The notes under the pieces are model-generated. The model did no database searches. It was not told the origin of the DNA and saw only the letters and a list, made by a program, of their open reading frames with translations. Shown here piece by piece: positions 56,147-64,000 of a DNA stretch of 64,000 nt. This stretch comes from a virus. Both the position numbers and the translations under genes were made by a program. The DNA lies in the IMG/VR virus record IMGVR_UViG_3300045988_033017, positions 54,699 through 118,698 of that record; one strand, given 5' to 3'. How positions within the stretch are numbered: position 1 is the stretch's first letter; the number at the start of each line of letters is the position of its first letter.

Positions 56147-56674
56147 ATGAAAGAAAGAGTTGAGTATAGAGTTGACAGTTTTGTTGATTTTACTGGCATG
56201 GAACGTAAGTTCGTAATGGTTGCATTGTCACAAGAAGTATGTGCTGAAATTGACCCAGATACAGAGAACTGGGATGAAGATGCACTCTTAAGTGATAAAT
56301 GTCTGTCTATTGGCGTATCTGTATGTCAACCAGAAGATGAGTTTGATGAGAATATGGGAGTTCAAATAGCTCTTGGTAAAGCTCGTAAACTACATAATCA
56401 TGCTCTGTACAGTACTGACCCCGGATTGATTAACCGTGGTGTAGTTAATGCTCTTCTTGACCAGGAAGTAGCATTCTTCAAACAATGCCCTGGCAAGTAT
56501 CTGAAAGGATATGATACAGCTAAGGCTATCTATGAAGAAGGACGTAAAATGGTTGAACTAGAAGCATCACTATCTGATGAAGAACGTACATGCTTGGATA
56601 CCTTATTAACTTCTAAGAATGATAGAGTGGATGTTATCTATGATATCTATAACTACTATCAGTCTCAGAAATGA
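56147..56674 (+). CDS. hypothetical acidic protein
   Basis: ORF track 175 aa. Confidence 0.45.
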   Translation: MKERVEYRVDSFVDFTGMERKFVMVALSQEVCAEIDPDTENWDEDALLSDKCLSIGVSVCQPEDEFDENMGVQIALGKARKLHNHALYSTDPGLINRGVVNALLDQEVAFFKQCPGKYLKGYDTAKAIYEEGRKMVELEASLSDEERTCLDTLLTSKNDRVDVIYDIYNYYQSQK

Positions 56675-56988
56675 AATTTAAGGATGCTTTCGTTGGAGGT
56701 GTGATTGCTGCTGCTATATGCCTTGGTATAGCATGGGCTTGCAAGGATAGAAACACAGTAGTTATTCCTGACAACACTAAATATGAGCAAGCTATAGACT
56801 CGCTCAATAAGGAAGTAAGGAAGTTAGAAATTACTAACGACAGTCTAATTAGTGTCATTACCAATTCTAAAGGTAAGATAGACACTATTAATAATTGGTA
56901 TGAAAAGGAGCTTATTGATATTACTAATCAGTCTATTGCCGCTGATGCATCTTTCTTCGCAGAATATGTATCCCAAGCTGGTAGATGA
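56671..56988 (+). CDS. membrane-anchored coiled-coil protein (N-terminal TM; i-spanin-like topology)
   Basis: 105 aa; TM VGGVIAAAICLGIAWA followed by coiled coil. Confidence 0.4.
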   Translation: MKFKDAFVGGVIAAAICLGIAWACKDRNTVVIPDNTKYEQAIDSLNKEVRKLEITNDSLISVITNSKGKIDTINNWYEKELIDITNQSIAADASFFAEYVSQAGR

Positions 56989-57313
56989 CTCTTTAGTTGT
57001 GATTACTCCACAGCAATTAAAGGCTAGTAACCTTATATTTCTGGAGCATAAGAAGCTTAAGCTAGAGAGGTTTGAACTCAATAAACAGCTTACATCTTAT
57101 GAATTACTAACTGCTAACTATGCTAAAACTGATAGTATAAGACTTCAACAACTAGCACGAGCAGAATTGCAAATGCAGATGTATGATGAAGCTATTAGTA
57201 AGCAACGGGAGCAGATAGCTAAGATGAACAAAAAGAACAAGAGATTAACTACATTGTCAATAGGAGGATTTGCTATCAGTGTAGGCTTATTATTAGCCTT
57301 ACTGATTAAATAG
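56900..57313 (+). CDS. secreted coiled-coil protein with C-terminal TM, overlapping the previous gene in another frame
   Basis: 137 aa; signal-like N-terminus without lipobox Cys; C-terminal helix LSIGGFAISVGLLLALLI. Confidence 0.35.
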   Translation: MKRSLLILLISLLPLMHLSSQNMYPKLVDDSLVVITPQQLKASNLIFLEHKKLKLERFELNKQLTSYELLTANYAKTDSIRLQQLARAELQMQMYDEAISKQREQIAKMNKKNKRLTTLSIGGFAISVGLLLALLIK

Positions 57314-57342
57314 CAAATTCTTGGCAAACTACTATTCGGAAC

Positions 57343-57549
57343 ATGGCGAACAAACTATCTGACAGTTTTGATAAGGACAGAGATGGAGTAAAGTACAAAT
57401 ACCCCGAGAGAACTTGCAAAGACTGTTCTAGATATCCCTGTTTCAGAGGTATTGAGCGCAGTGTTTGTGATTTCGCCAAGTATGGTTGTGTGCATTATAA
57501 AGACGGTGGGGTTAATAAACGACAAAATGAGCTGGTGGGCTCGGAATGA
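57343..57549 (+). CDS. small Cys-rich protein
   Basis: ORF track 68 aa; CKDCSRYPC..C...C. Confidence 0.35.
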   Translation: MANKLSDSFDKDRDGVKYKYPERTCKDCSRYPCFRGIERSVCDFAKYGCVHYKDGGVNKRQNELVGSE

Positions 57550-57851
57550 TGATTCAATATACCATACGCGTTGAATTACTAGCTAGTAAGGAAGATGCTG
57601 GTGGTTATATAGTCTATGCATTCAAAGATTTGTCAAACGGCACATATAAAATGTGTACCCGATGTCCTAACTGGGAAGGTCCATTCTTAAGAGTTGGTGA
57701 CATCGGGTATTTGAAATGTAAGGAAGTATATGCAGGGGAAGACACATGGTATAATCCCATCACTGACTCCTTTGAGAAGTATAAATATACCGATATATAT
57801 TTCGAAGACTTTGTTTATGAGAAACCACCAGAAGGTGAGATTATACTGTAA
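57546..57851 (+). CDS. hypothetical protein
   Basis: ORF track 101 aa. Confidence 0.4.
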   Translation: MMIQYTIRVELLASKEDAGGYIVYAFKDLSNGTYKMCTRCPNWEGPFLRVGDIGYLKCKEVYAGEDTWYNPITDSFEKYKYTDIYFEDFVYEKPPEGEIIL

Positions 57852-57907
57852 AAGATTATCTAAATTAACGAGATTAGACCATTATCTAAAATTAATATGA
57901 TATATCT

Positions 57908-58750
57908 ATGTTCAGAGAGAAATTGGCATCAGCTATCGATAGAAAGAATAATGACATCAACTCTTTCATTTGGAAGGGTCGTAAGCAAGAAGTAAATGGA
58001 GCTTTAGTACAAGAGGAGAAACGCTTGGTTGATTGTACTGAAGAAGAACTTCGTAATTTCTATGCACATTGTGATTCTATGCTCTATAATACTAACAAGG
58101 ACTATCCTGGTCGTTATGTTCTATTGGACATTATTAAAGACCAGCGTCAGCGTTGTAACGCAGAATTGTTCTTGCGCTGGTTAGAACAGGAGCAGCATAT
58201 GCCAAGGTTTAAGTTCCTAGAGGCGTTAGTCTCTTTCTTGGATATTAATAAGGACGGTATAGACCCGAAAGAGTATCCAATTGAAGGAACTATGTGCGGC
58301 TGTCCTAAAGAGTTTGGAGACATTCCAACAGAGACAGTACGCGAAGGTTGTTTGGACAGACTGGGAAAGTTCAACAAACAACACATTACTCTTACATTTA
58401 TTCTCAAGCAAGGTCTATGGTTCACTGCTCAAGAGAGCAAGGACTTAGTGGAGAAAGACCCTAAGACAGGTCAGATAAGAGATAAGATTGAAGTGGCGAA
58501 GGAAAGACTAGGTCTGAAGCCCACAATGCCTCTTTATGTTACTCCTAAAGGACTTAGCTATTCACAGCTTCGTTCTATGGTTAATTTGAAGAGTAAGAAG
58601 TATACAGAACTAACTACTGACCAATTAAAGGTTCTTAGAAATAGAATCTTGTATTCTTTGGAAGATGAAGTGAAGTTCCATATATCTCAGTGGGAAACTC
58701 GCAAGAACCAAATTAAATTAGTATGTGATGCTAAAGGCTATACTTTATAA
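57908..58750 (+). CDS. hypothetical protein
   Basis: ORF track 280 aa. Confidence 0.5.
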   Translation: MFREKLASAIDRKNNDINSFIWKGRKQEVNGALVQEEKRLVDCTEEELRNFYAHCDSMLYNTNKDYPGRYVLLDIIKDQRQRCNAELFLRWLEQEQHMPRFKFLEALVSFLDINKDGIDPKEYPIEGTMCGCPKEFGDIPTETVREGCLDRLGKFNKQHITLTFILKQGLWFTAQESKDLVEKDPKTGQIRDKIEVAKERLGLKPTMPLYVTPKGLSYSQLRSMVNLKSKKYTELTTDQLKVLRNRILYSLEDEVKFHISQWETRKNQIKLVCDAKGYTL

Positions 58751-58903
58751 TGTACTCTGGATGCTGACCACAGTTAATCCAGATTACTATGTAGTAGGTA
58801 TAAGCTGCTTAACGTAACTTGTGAGAATTTACTAATATTAAATAACAGGGTTCAAGGTAATAGATTCAAATGAGTTATTAATTAAGGGCTTAGCCTATAA
58901 CAA

Positions 58904-60178
58904 GTGGCAGACTTATTCGGAAACGTAAGCAGAGATGAACGCCAAGCAATTGGTGTTCAACGTTGGGTAGATAATAAGTTGCGTGGTTCTTTAGTCTATT
59001 GTACCGGTTTCGGTAAGACTAGAACTGCCATTATGTGTATGAAAAGATTCTTGGCTAAGAATCCTGGTAGAAGAATTATAATAGTAGTACCTACTGATGC
59101 ACTACAGAGACAATGGCTTAGTGATTTAACAGAGCAGCAAGTCCCAATGGTGTACGAGGTACTAATAATAAACTCTGTTGTGAAACATGAGTGGACATGT
59201 GATTTGCTAGTACTTGATGAATGTCATAAATATGCTTCCGACCTGTTTGGAAAGGTATTTGAAGTAGTCAAGTATAAAATAATTCTAGGTTTAACTGCAA
59301 CTATGGAACGACTAGACGGTAAGGATAGTTATATCAAGAAGTATTGTCCAGTAGTTGATAGAGTAGATGTTAGTGAAGCTACTGCTAGAGGCTGGCTATC
59401 TCCTTACAGAGAATACAAAGTCATGGTAGAAGTAGACAATCTAGACAAATACTATGAGTTAAATAGAGAGTTTTATGAGCATTTTGCTTTCTTCGGTCAT
59501 GATTTTACACTTGCTATGGCTTGTGCTACTAAATGGCAGAAGAGAATTGAGCTAGCTAAAACTATGCTTCCCGACTTTGACAAGAAACCAGATGAATGGA
59601 AAGCTCTTAATAAGACCATTCTAATTCATGCTATGGGTTTCAATAGGACTTTACAGGCAAGGAAGAAGTTCATTTATGAACATCCTAAAAAGATAGAACT
59701 TACAAATATGATACTTGAGCATAGGCAAGACAAGAAATGTATTACTTTTAGTAAGACAATCAAGATTGCCGAACAAATCAAGTATGGTAAGGTACTATCT
59801 AGTAAGGAAACTAAGAAGAAGGGAAGGATGACTTTAGAGGAGTTTAAATCAGCATCTGTGGGAGTACTTAATACTTCTAAGATGTTAGATGAAGGAGCTG
59901 ACATACCAGGACTGTCAGTAGCCGTTATTCTTGGATATGATTCCAGTCCTACGTCTAAGACGCAGAGAATAGGTAGAGTTATTAGAAAGGCAGAGAATAA
60001 AGTAGCGGAAGTCTTTACTTTAGTAATCAAGGGAACTGTTGAAGAAGAATGGTTTCGCAAGAGTACTGGTAGTAAGGATTATATCACTATAGCCGATTCT
60101 GATTTATTAAATCTACTAGAAGGGCGAGAATTTACTCCTAAGAAGAACAAAGAAACTAAAATGATATTTAGGTTCTAA
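58904..60178 (+). CDS. uvsW: SF2 DNA helicase, UvsW-like
   Basis: 424 aa; motif I YCTGFGKTRTA, motif II LVLDECHKY, motif III GLTATMER, C-terminal helicase domain. Confidence 0.7.
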   Translation: MADLFGNVSRDERQAIGVQRWVDNKLRGSLVYCTGFGKTRTAIMCMKRFLAKNPGRRIIIVVPTDALQRQWLSDLTEQQVPMVYEVLIINSVVKHEWTCDLLVLDECHKYASDLFGKVFEVVKYKIILGLTATMERLDGKDSYIKKYCPVVDRVDVSEATARGWLSPYREYKVMVEVDNLDKYYELNREFYEHFAFFGHDFTLAMACATKWQKRIELAKTMLPDFDKKPDEWKALNKTILIHAMGFNRTLQARKKFIYEHPKKIELTNMILEHRQDKKCITFSKTIKIAEQIKYGKVLSSKETKKKGRMTLEEFKSASVGVLNTSKMLDEGADIPGLSVAVILGYDSSPTSKTQRIGRVIRKAENKVAEVFTLVIKGTVEEEWFRKSTGSKDYITIADSDLLNLLEGREFTPKKNKETKMIFRF

Positions 60179-60439
60179 TGTTTAGAGTGTTATATTGCAA
60201 CATAGGTGCTGAAGGGGCAGCCTGATAGAACTTCAACAGTATCTACTGATGTTGATGCTGTTAAGCTATTAGAGCTGTTAGAGAAGCATTCAGAGCATCG
60301 TATTTGCATGATGTCTGTGCATTTAGAGCGTAGCCCTCTAGATGTGCAGAGTCTTATTACGAGCCTGAAATTTAAGTAGATTCGTTTTGAAATGTAACAA
60401 GATTATCGTATCTTTGTAATCCTTAACGGTCAAAATTAC

Positions 60440-60664
60440 ATGACAACTGAAAGATTGCTTGAACTTGTAATGCTTACTAACACGTTTGATAGTATCATTC
60501 ATGCTAGTGGTGTCAACGAAAACGGTGAAATTGAATTTGAAGGTGGAATCTATGACGTCAAGGCTATGGTAGCAAGGCAGACAGAACTCTTTAAAGAGTT
60601 TATAGCTCCTTACGAAGTAGCAGGCGAAGCTTATGTGATTGAGGACACTGAGAAATCAGAATAA
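60440..60664 (+). CDS. hypothetical small protein
   Basis: ORF track 74 aa. Confidence 0.4.
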   Translation: MTTERLLELVMLTNTFDSIIHASGVNENGEIEFEGGIYDVKAMVARQTELFKEFIAPYEVAGEAYVIEDTEKSE

Positions 60665-60717
60665 CAAAGTATCACAGCTGATAGATTAGTAAGTTATTTA
60701 CTTATTAATCAATACGC

Positions 60718-61341
60718 TTGGAGAAATTAAGTTTAACAATAGAGAATCAGTTGTTAATAATGGAGCAGTATAGGCTTACTGCTGAGGAGTTGTTAATGAT
60801 TGAGTTGCTATTCTTGGCACAACCAGAAGAGGGACATAAAGACTCCCTCATCCGATATCTGGGAATGCCAATAACTAAAACCCGCCTTAGAGACGTATTA
60901 TTAAGTCTACAGGTGAAGGGAGTCATTACTAAGAAGTATAAAATTCCCGCAGAGGGTCAGACGTTTGACCCTGAATCTGTAATCTTTAATGAAAACTTCA
61001 TTAAGAATTATAGAAAGTATTCCGGAGACCTGGGAGGAGAGTTCTGGGAAGCATACCCAGATATTGTCATTATTAATGGTAGGGAGTATAGTTTAAAGAA
61101 CTGGTCTAAGAAGTTTAACACTTTAGAAGACATGTTCTTTAGATATGGCAAAAATATAGGGTGGAAACTTGAGAATCATAAAAGGGTGATAGAGTTAGTC
61201 AATTGGGCTAAACAGAACAAATGTAATCTGATAAACGTCAATATTGCTGACTTTATAATGTCTAAGGCTTGGGAAGGCATCGAGAAGTTTAAAGATGGAA
61301 CATATGAAGAATTAGTGTTTGATACTATGACGGAACTATGA
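60718..61341 (+). CDS. hypothetical protein
   Basis: ORF track 207 aa. Confidence 0.45.
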   Translation: MEKLSLTIENQLLIMEQYRLTAEELLMIELLFLAQPEEGHKDSLIRYLGMPITKTRLRDVLLSLQVKGVITKKYKIPAEGQTFDPESVIFNENFIKNYRKYSGDLGGEFWEAYPDIVIINGREYSLKNWSKKFNTLEDMFFRYGKNIGWKLENHKRVIELVNWAKQNKCNLINVNIADFIMSKAWEGIEKFKDGTYEELVFDTMTEL

Positions 61342-62429
61342 CATATACTAGCAGACTAATCGAACTTATCAAAAGAGGCAGAGAAGGTGACAATCAAGGA
61401 TTATCACTTGGAATGCCTAAGCTGGAGCATATAATTGACGGATTAACTCAAGAGACCTATTACCTGATTGCCGCAGGAACTGGTAACGGTAAGACTAGTT
61501 TCGTGCTTCACTCCTTTATATATAAGGCTCTACTGGACTCTGATTCTGATAAGGATGTTCAGTTTATTATATTCTCTTTGGAGATGAGTGCTGAGCAGTT
61601 ACTTGCTAAATTGCTCTCTCTTCATATATATGAGACATATGGTAAACAAATATCTTTTAAAGAGTTATTGTCTAGAGGCAAGGACTCTACACTCTCTGAT
61701 GAGGATTATGAGTTAGTACAGGAATGTATTCCATGGCTAGAATCTATAGAGGACAGACTAATAATACATGACGGCACTCTCAATTCAGAGAAGTATAAGT
61801 CTCTAATCATAGAGGATTTAAGGAAATTTGGAACCTTTGTTGATGAAGATACTTATGAACTTAATAATCCGAAACAAATTATCGCAGTAATTACTGACCA
61901 CTTAGGCTTAGTGAGACCACAGTCGGGTCGTAGCAAGAAAGAGGAGATTGATACCATATCGGCATATGGTGTCTCATTTAGAAATAAATGTAAGATATCT
62001 CCAATCAATATTATGCAGTTCAATAGAAATGCTAATAATGCAGAACGACTAAAACAAGGCTTGCAAGAACCTGATTTGTCAGATTTAAAAGAGAGTGGTT
62101 CTCCGAGTGAGGATGCCAATGTAGTATTGGTATTATTTAATCCATTTAGAAGCAAATTGTCTACATATAGAGGATATTGCATTAAAGAGCTAAAGGATGG
62201 TTTCAGGTCATTATTGGTTCTTAAGAATAGATTTGGTGCGTCTGACGTAGCCATTGGTGTAGGATTTTATGGTAGGTGTGGTATCTTTAAAGAGCTTCCG
62301 TCTGCGTCTGAAATCAATGATTATGACAAGTATAAGAATCCAGATTGGACTATTATTGATTTCCCAGACAGGGAAGTCGAGATAGAACGAACTAAGAAAG
62401 ATGATTTACGCGTAACCATAACATTATGA
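61338..62429 (+). CDS. DnaB/gp41-family RecA-fold helicase (C-terminal ATPase domain type)
   Basis: 363 aa; LSLGMPKLEHIIDGLTQETYYLIAAGTGNGKTSF is a Walker A loop in the DnaB-C/RecA family context; Walker B IIAVITDHLG. Confidence 0.65.
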   Translation: MTYTSRLIELIKRGREGDNQGLSLGMPKLEHIIDGLTQETYYLIAAGTGNGKTSFVLHSFIYKALLDSDSDKDVQFIIFSLEMSAEQLLAKLLSLHIYETYGKQISFKELLSRGKDSTLSDEDYELVQECIPWLESIEDRLIIHDGTLNSEKYKSLIIEDLRKFGTFVDEDTYELNNPKQIIAVITDHLGLVRPQSGRSKKEEIDTISAYGVSFRNKCKISPINIMQFNRNANNAERLKQGLQEPDLSDLKESGSPSEDANVVLVLFNPFRSKLSTYRGYCIKELKDGFRSLLVLKNRFGASDVAIGVGFYGRCGIFKELPSASEINDYDKYKNPDWTIIDFPDREVEIERTKKDDLRVTITL

Positions 62430-62433
62430 TTTA

Positions 62434-63126
62434 ATGAGCCAAATTATAGGACTTGGAGGATTTTCGGGAAGTGGTAAGTCTAGTTCCCTACAGTATTTAA
62501 ACCCAAAGGAGACATTTATCATTAGCTGTACTCCTAAACAATTATCAATTCCAGGATTTAGGAAGAATTACAAGAAGCTAACTCAGGACAAAGACAAGAA
62601 CTATGTCGGAAATTGGTATTTCAGTAATGAATTTGCCAAAGTGATGAACATCATGAATGTAGTTAATGTTAAAATGCCGGAGATTAAGGTCTTAGTAATT
62701 GATGATAGTAATTATCTTCTTTCACAAGAGGTGATGTCTAGAAGTGCAGAGAAAGGATATGACAAGCATATTGACTTTGCAAAGCACTATTATGATTTAA
62801 TAATGAAAGCTATGACTCTTAGAGAGGATTTAATTGTAGTGTTCATATCTCATATTGTAAATGACGGTAACGACTATGACCCTAAATATAAGTTATTTAC
62901 TACTGGAAAGATGTTGGATAGGTCTGTTAATATAGATGGACTGTTTAATTATTTGCTGTATGCAGAGAAGATTGTAAATGATGAAGAGGTTGACTATAAA
63001 TTTAGAACAAGGTCACTTGGTCCAGATACTTGTAGAAGTACCGCAGGATGTTTCCCTGATTTATATGTTGAACCTAATATGAAGATGGTGATTGACACAA
63101 TCAATAAATTTGAATACGGAGAATGA
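62434..63126 (+). CDS. P-loop NTPase (possible nucleotide kinase or Sak4-like ATPase)
   Basis: 230 aa; IIGLGGFSGSGKSSSL Walker A; LVIDDSNY Walker B-like. Confidence 0.45.
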   Translation: MSQIIGLGGFSGSGKSSSLQYLNPKETFIISCTPKQLSIPGFRKNYKKLTQDKDKNYVGNWYFSNEFAKVMNIMNVVNVKMPEIKVLVIDDSNYLLSQEVMSRSAEKGYDKHIDFAKHYYDLIMKAMTLREDLIVVFISHIVNDGNDYDPKYKLFTTGKMLDRSVNIDGLFNYLLYAEKIVNDEEVDYKFRTRSLGPDTCRSTAGCFPDLYVEPNMKMVIDTINKFEYGE

Positions 63127-63683
63127 TAGTTAAAATGCTGTTAACTTTGGACTTTGACCCAGCTACTGGAGAGTATAAATCTCTAAAGCAGGAGATTGTC
63201 AAAGAAGAAGTAAAGACTAGAACAGTCAAGGAAGAGGTTCCAGAGACATCTGAACCGCAAATTACCCTAGACCCTAACAAGTACATACTTAATAAAGCAG
63301 CTGCCCAATTAATGGGAGTTGCTTGGGAAGATAGACTTAGTATTAAATATCAGAAAATTGACGGAATCACTTTCCCCGTTATAGGAACTGATGAAGCCTT
63401 TGGAACCAAAGGTGGAAACAAACTTACTAAGAGTCTGTCTGTCAGCTGTAGAGGTAAAGCTAATGACATGCTACGTCAGTATGGCGATACATTTACAGTA
63501 ACTACGATGAAAGGTCAAGACGACCTCTTCGTATTAGTTGGTAATGCTGAAAGGCCGGAAGAGCCTGAAGTAGATAACATAGAGGTATTAGAAGATGAAA
63601 GCGACAACATTGATTTGCCGTTAGACACAGAGATTGGATATGAGTCAGCTAAAGAGATTGACCCATTAACTTTTGAACTTTAA
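63123..63683 (+). CDS. hypothetical acidic protein
   Basis: ORF track 186 aa. Confidence 0.45.
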   Translation: MIVKMLLTLDFDPATGEYKSLKQEIVKEEVKTRTVKEEVPETSEPQITLDPNKYILNKAAAQLMGVAWEDRLSIKYQKIDGITFPVIGTDEAFGTKGGNKLTKSLSVSCRGKANDMLRQYGDTFTVTTMKGQDDLFVLVGNAERPEEPEVDNIEVLEDESDNIDLPLDTEIGYESAKEIDPLTFEL

Positions 63684-63696
63684 TACTTATAAACTA

Positions 63697-64000
63697 TGTC
63701 AATGAATTTCAACTTAACAAACACGAACGGTACATCATCTATTAAACCAAGACTGAAACCATGGGAAATCCACGATGTTATCTTCAAGGGAATAACATTT
63801 AATGAGTTTAAGGGTAAGAAAGACCCTGACGCAGTGTACAAAACCATGAGAATTTCATTCGAGAATGAGAATGGTGTTTATGAAGAAACAGTATTCTGTC
63901 CTAAAGAGGGAGATGATGTAAGACAAGTAAGCTCTAACAATGGAGTTGAACGTGAAAGTCCGTCCAACTTTGAGAAGTTTAAATTTATGTTAGCTCATAT
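63697..64000 (+). CDS. hypothetical protein (3' partial; possible ssDNA-binding protein)
   Basis: ATG at 63697; open to the window end; sits in the replication module. Confidence 0.35.

Noticed and set aside
56900-57313. Overlapping ORF pair 56671/56900 considered as an Rz/Rz1 spanin pair
   Set aside because: The embedded ORF has a signal-like N-terminus but no lipobox cysteine, so it is not an o-spanin lipoprotein; kept as separate membrane proteins with low confidence.

Overview
This window looks like part of a large, AT-rich (roughly 35-40% GC) double-stranded DNA phage genome. Almost everything is on the + strand except a short minus-strand block at 9972-12328.

Recognisable gene content, in order:
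- 1-12 kb: structural and host-interaction genes, including a 1252-aa virion protein with a glucosaminidase-type peptidoglycan hydrolase domain and a BNR/Asp-box beta-propeller protein.
- 12-18 kb: small early-type genes with a ParB-like protein, ending in a canonical type I hammerhead ribozyme.
- 18.5-52 kb: a tRNA island with about 29 tRNA or tRNA-like genes, including a CTA amber-suppressor-like tRNA, three CAT tRNAs and several non-canonical ones. Interleaved with these are accessory genes.
- Accessory genes in the island: a Ro60/TROVE-like protein with a C-terminal vWA domain, an NfeD-flotillin (SPFH) pair, a vWA protein next to a short archaeal-type adenylosuccinate synthetase (PurA/PurZ family), an AAA+ ATPase, RNase HI, three paralogous proteins sharing an unknown C-terminal motif, a bactofilin-like protein and a ferritin-like protein.
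- 58-64 kb: a T4-type replication module (UvsW-like SF2 helicase, DnaB/gp41-like helicase, P-loop protein).

Unusual signals: five G/C homopolymer tracts of 9-10 nt, one of which splits the BNR protein gene; a repeated stem-loop element in front of five tRNAs; tRNA T-arm mimic hairpins next to the Ro60-like gene; and a repeat array at the divergent 12.4-12.9 kb intergenic region.

All coordinates are 1-based and derived by hand from the printed sequence, so RNA feature ends may be off by a few nt.
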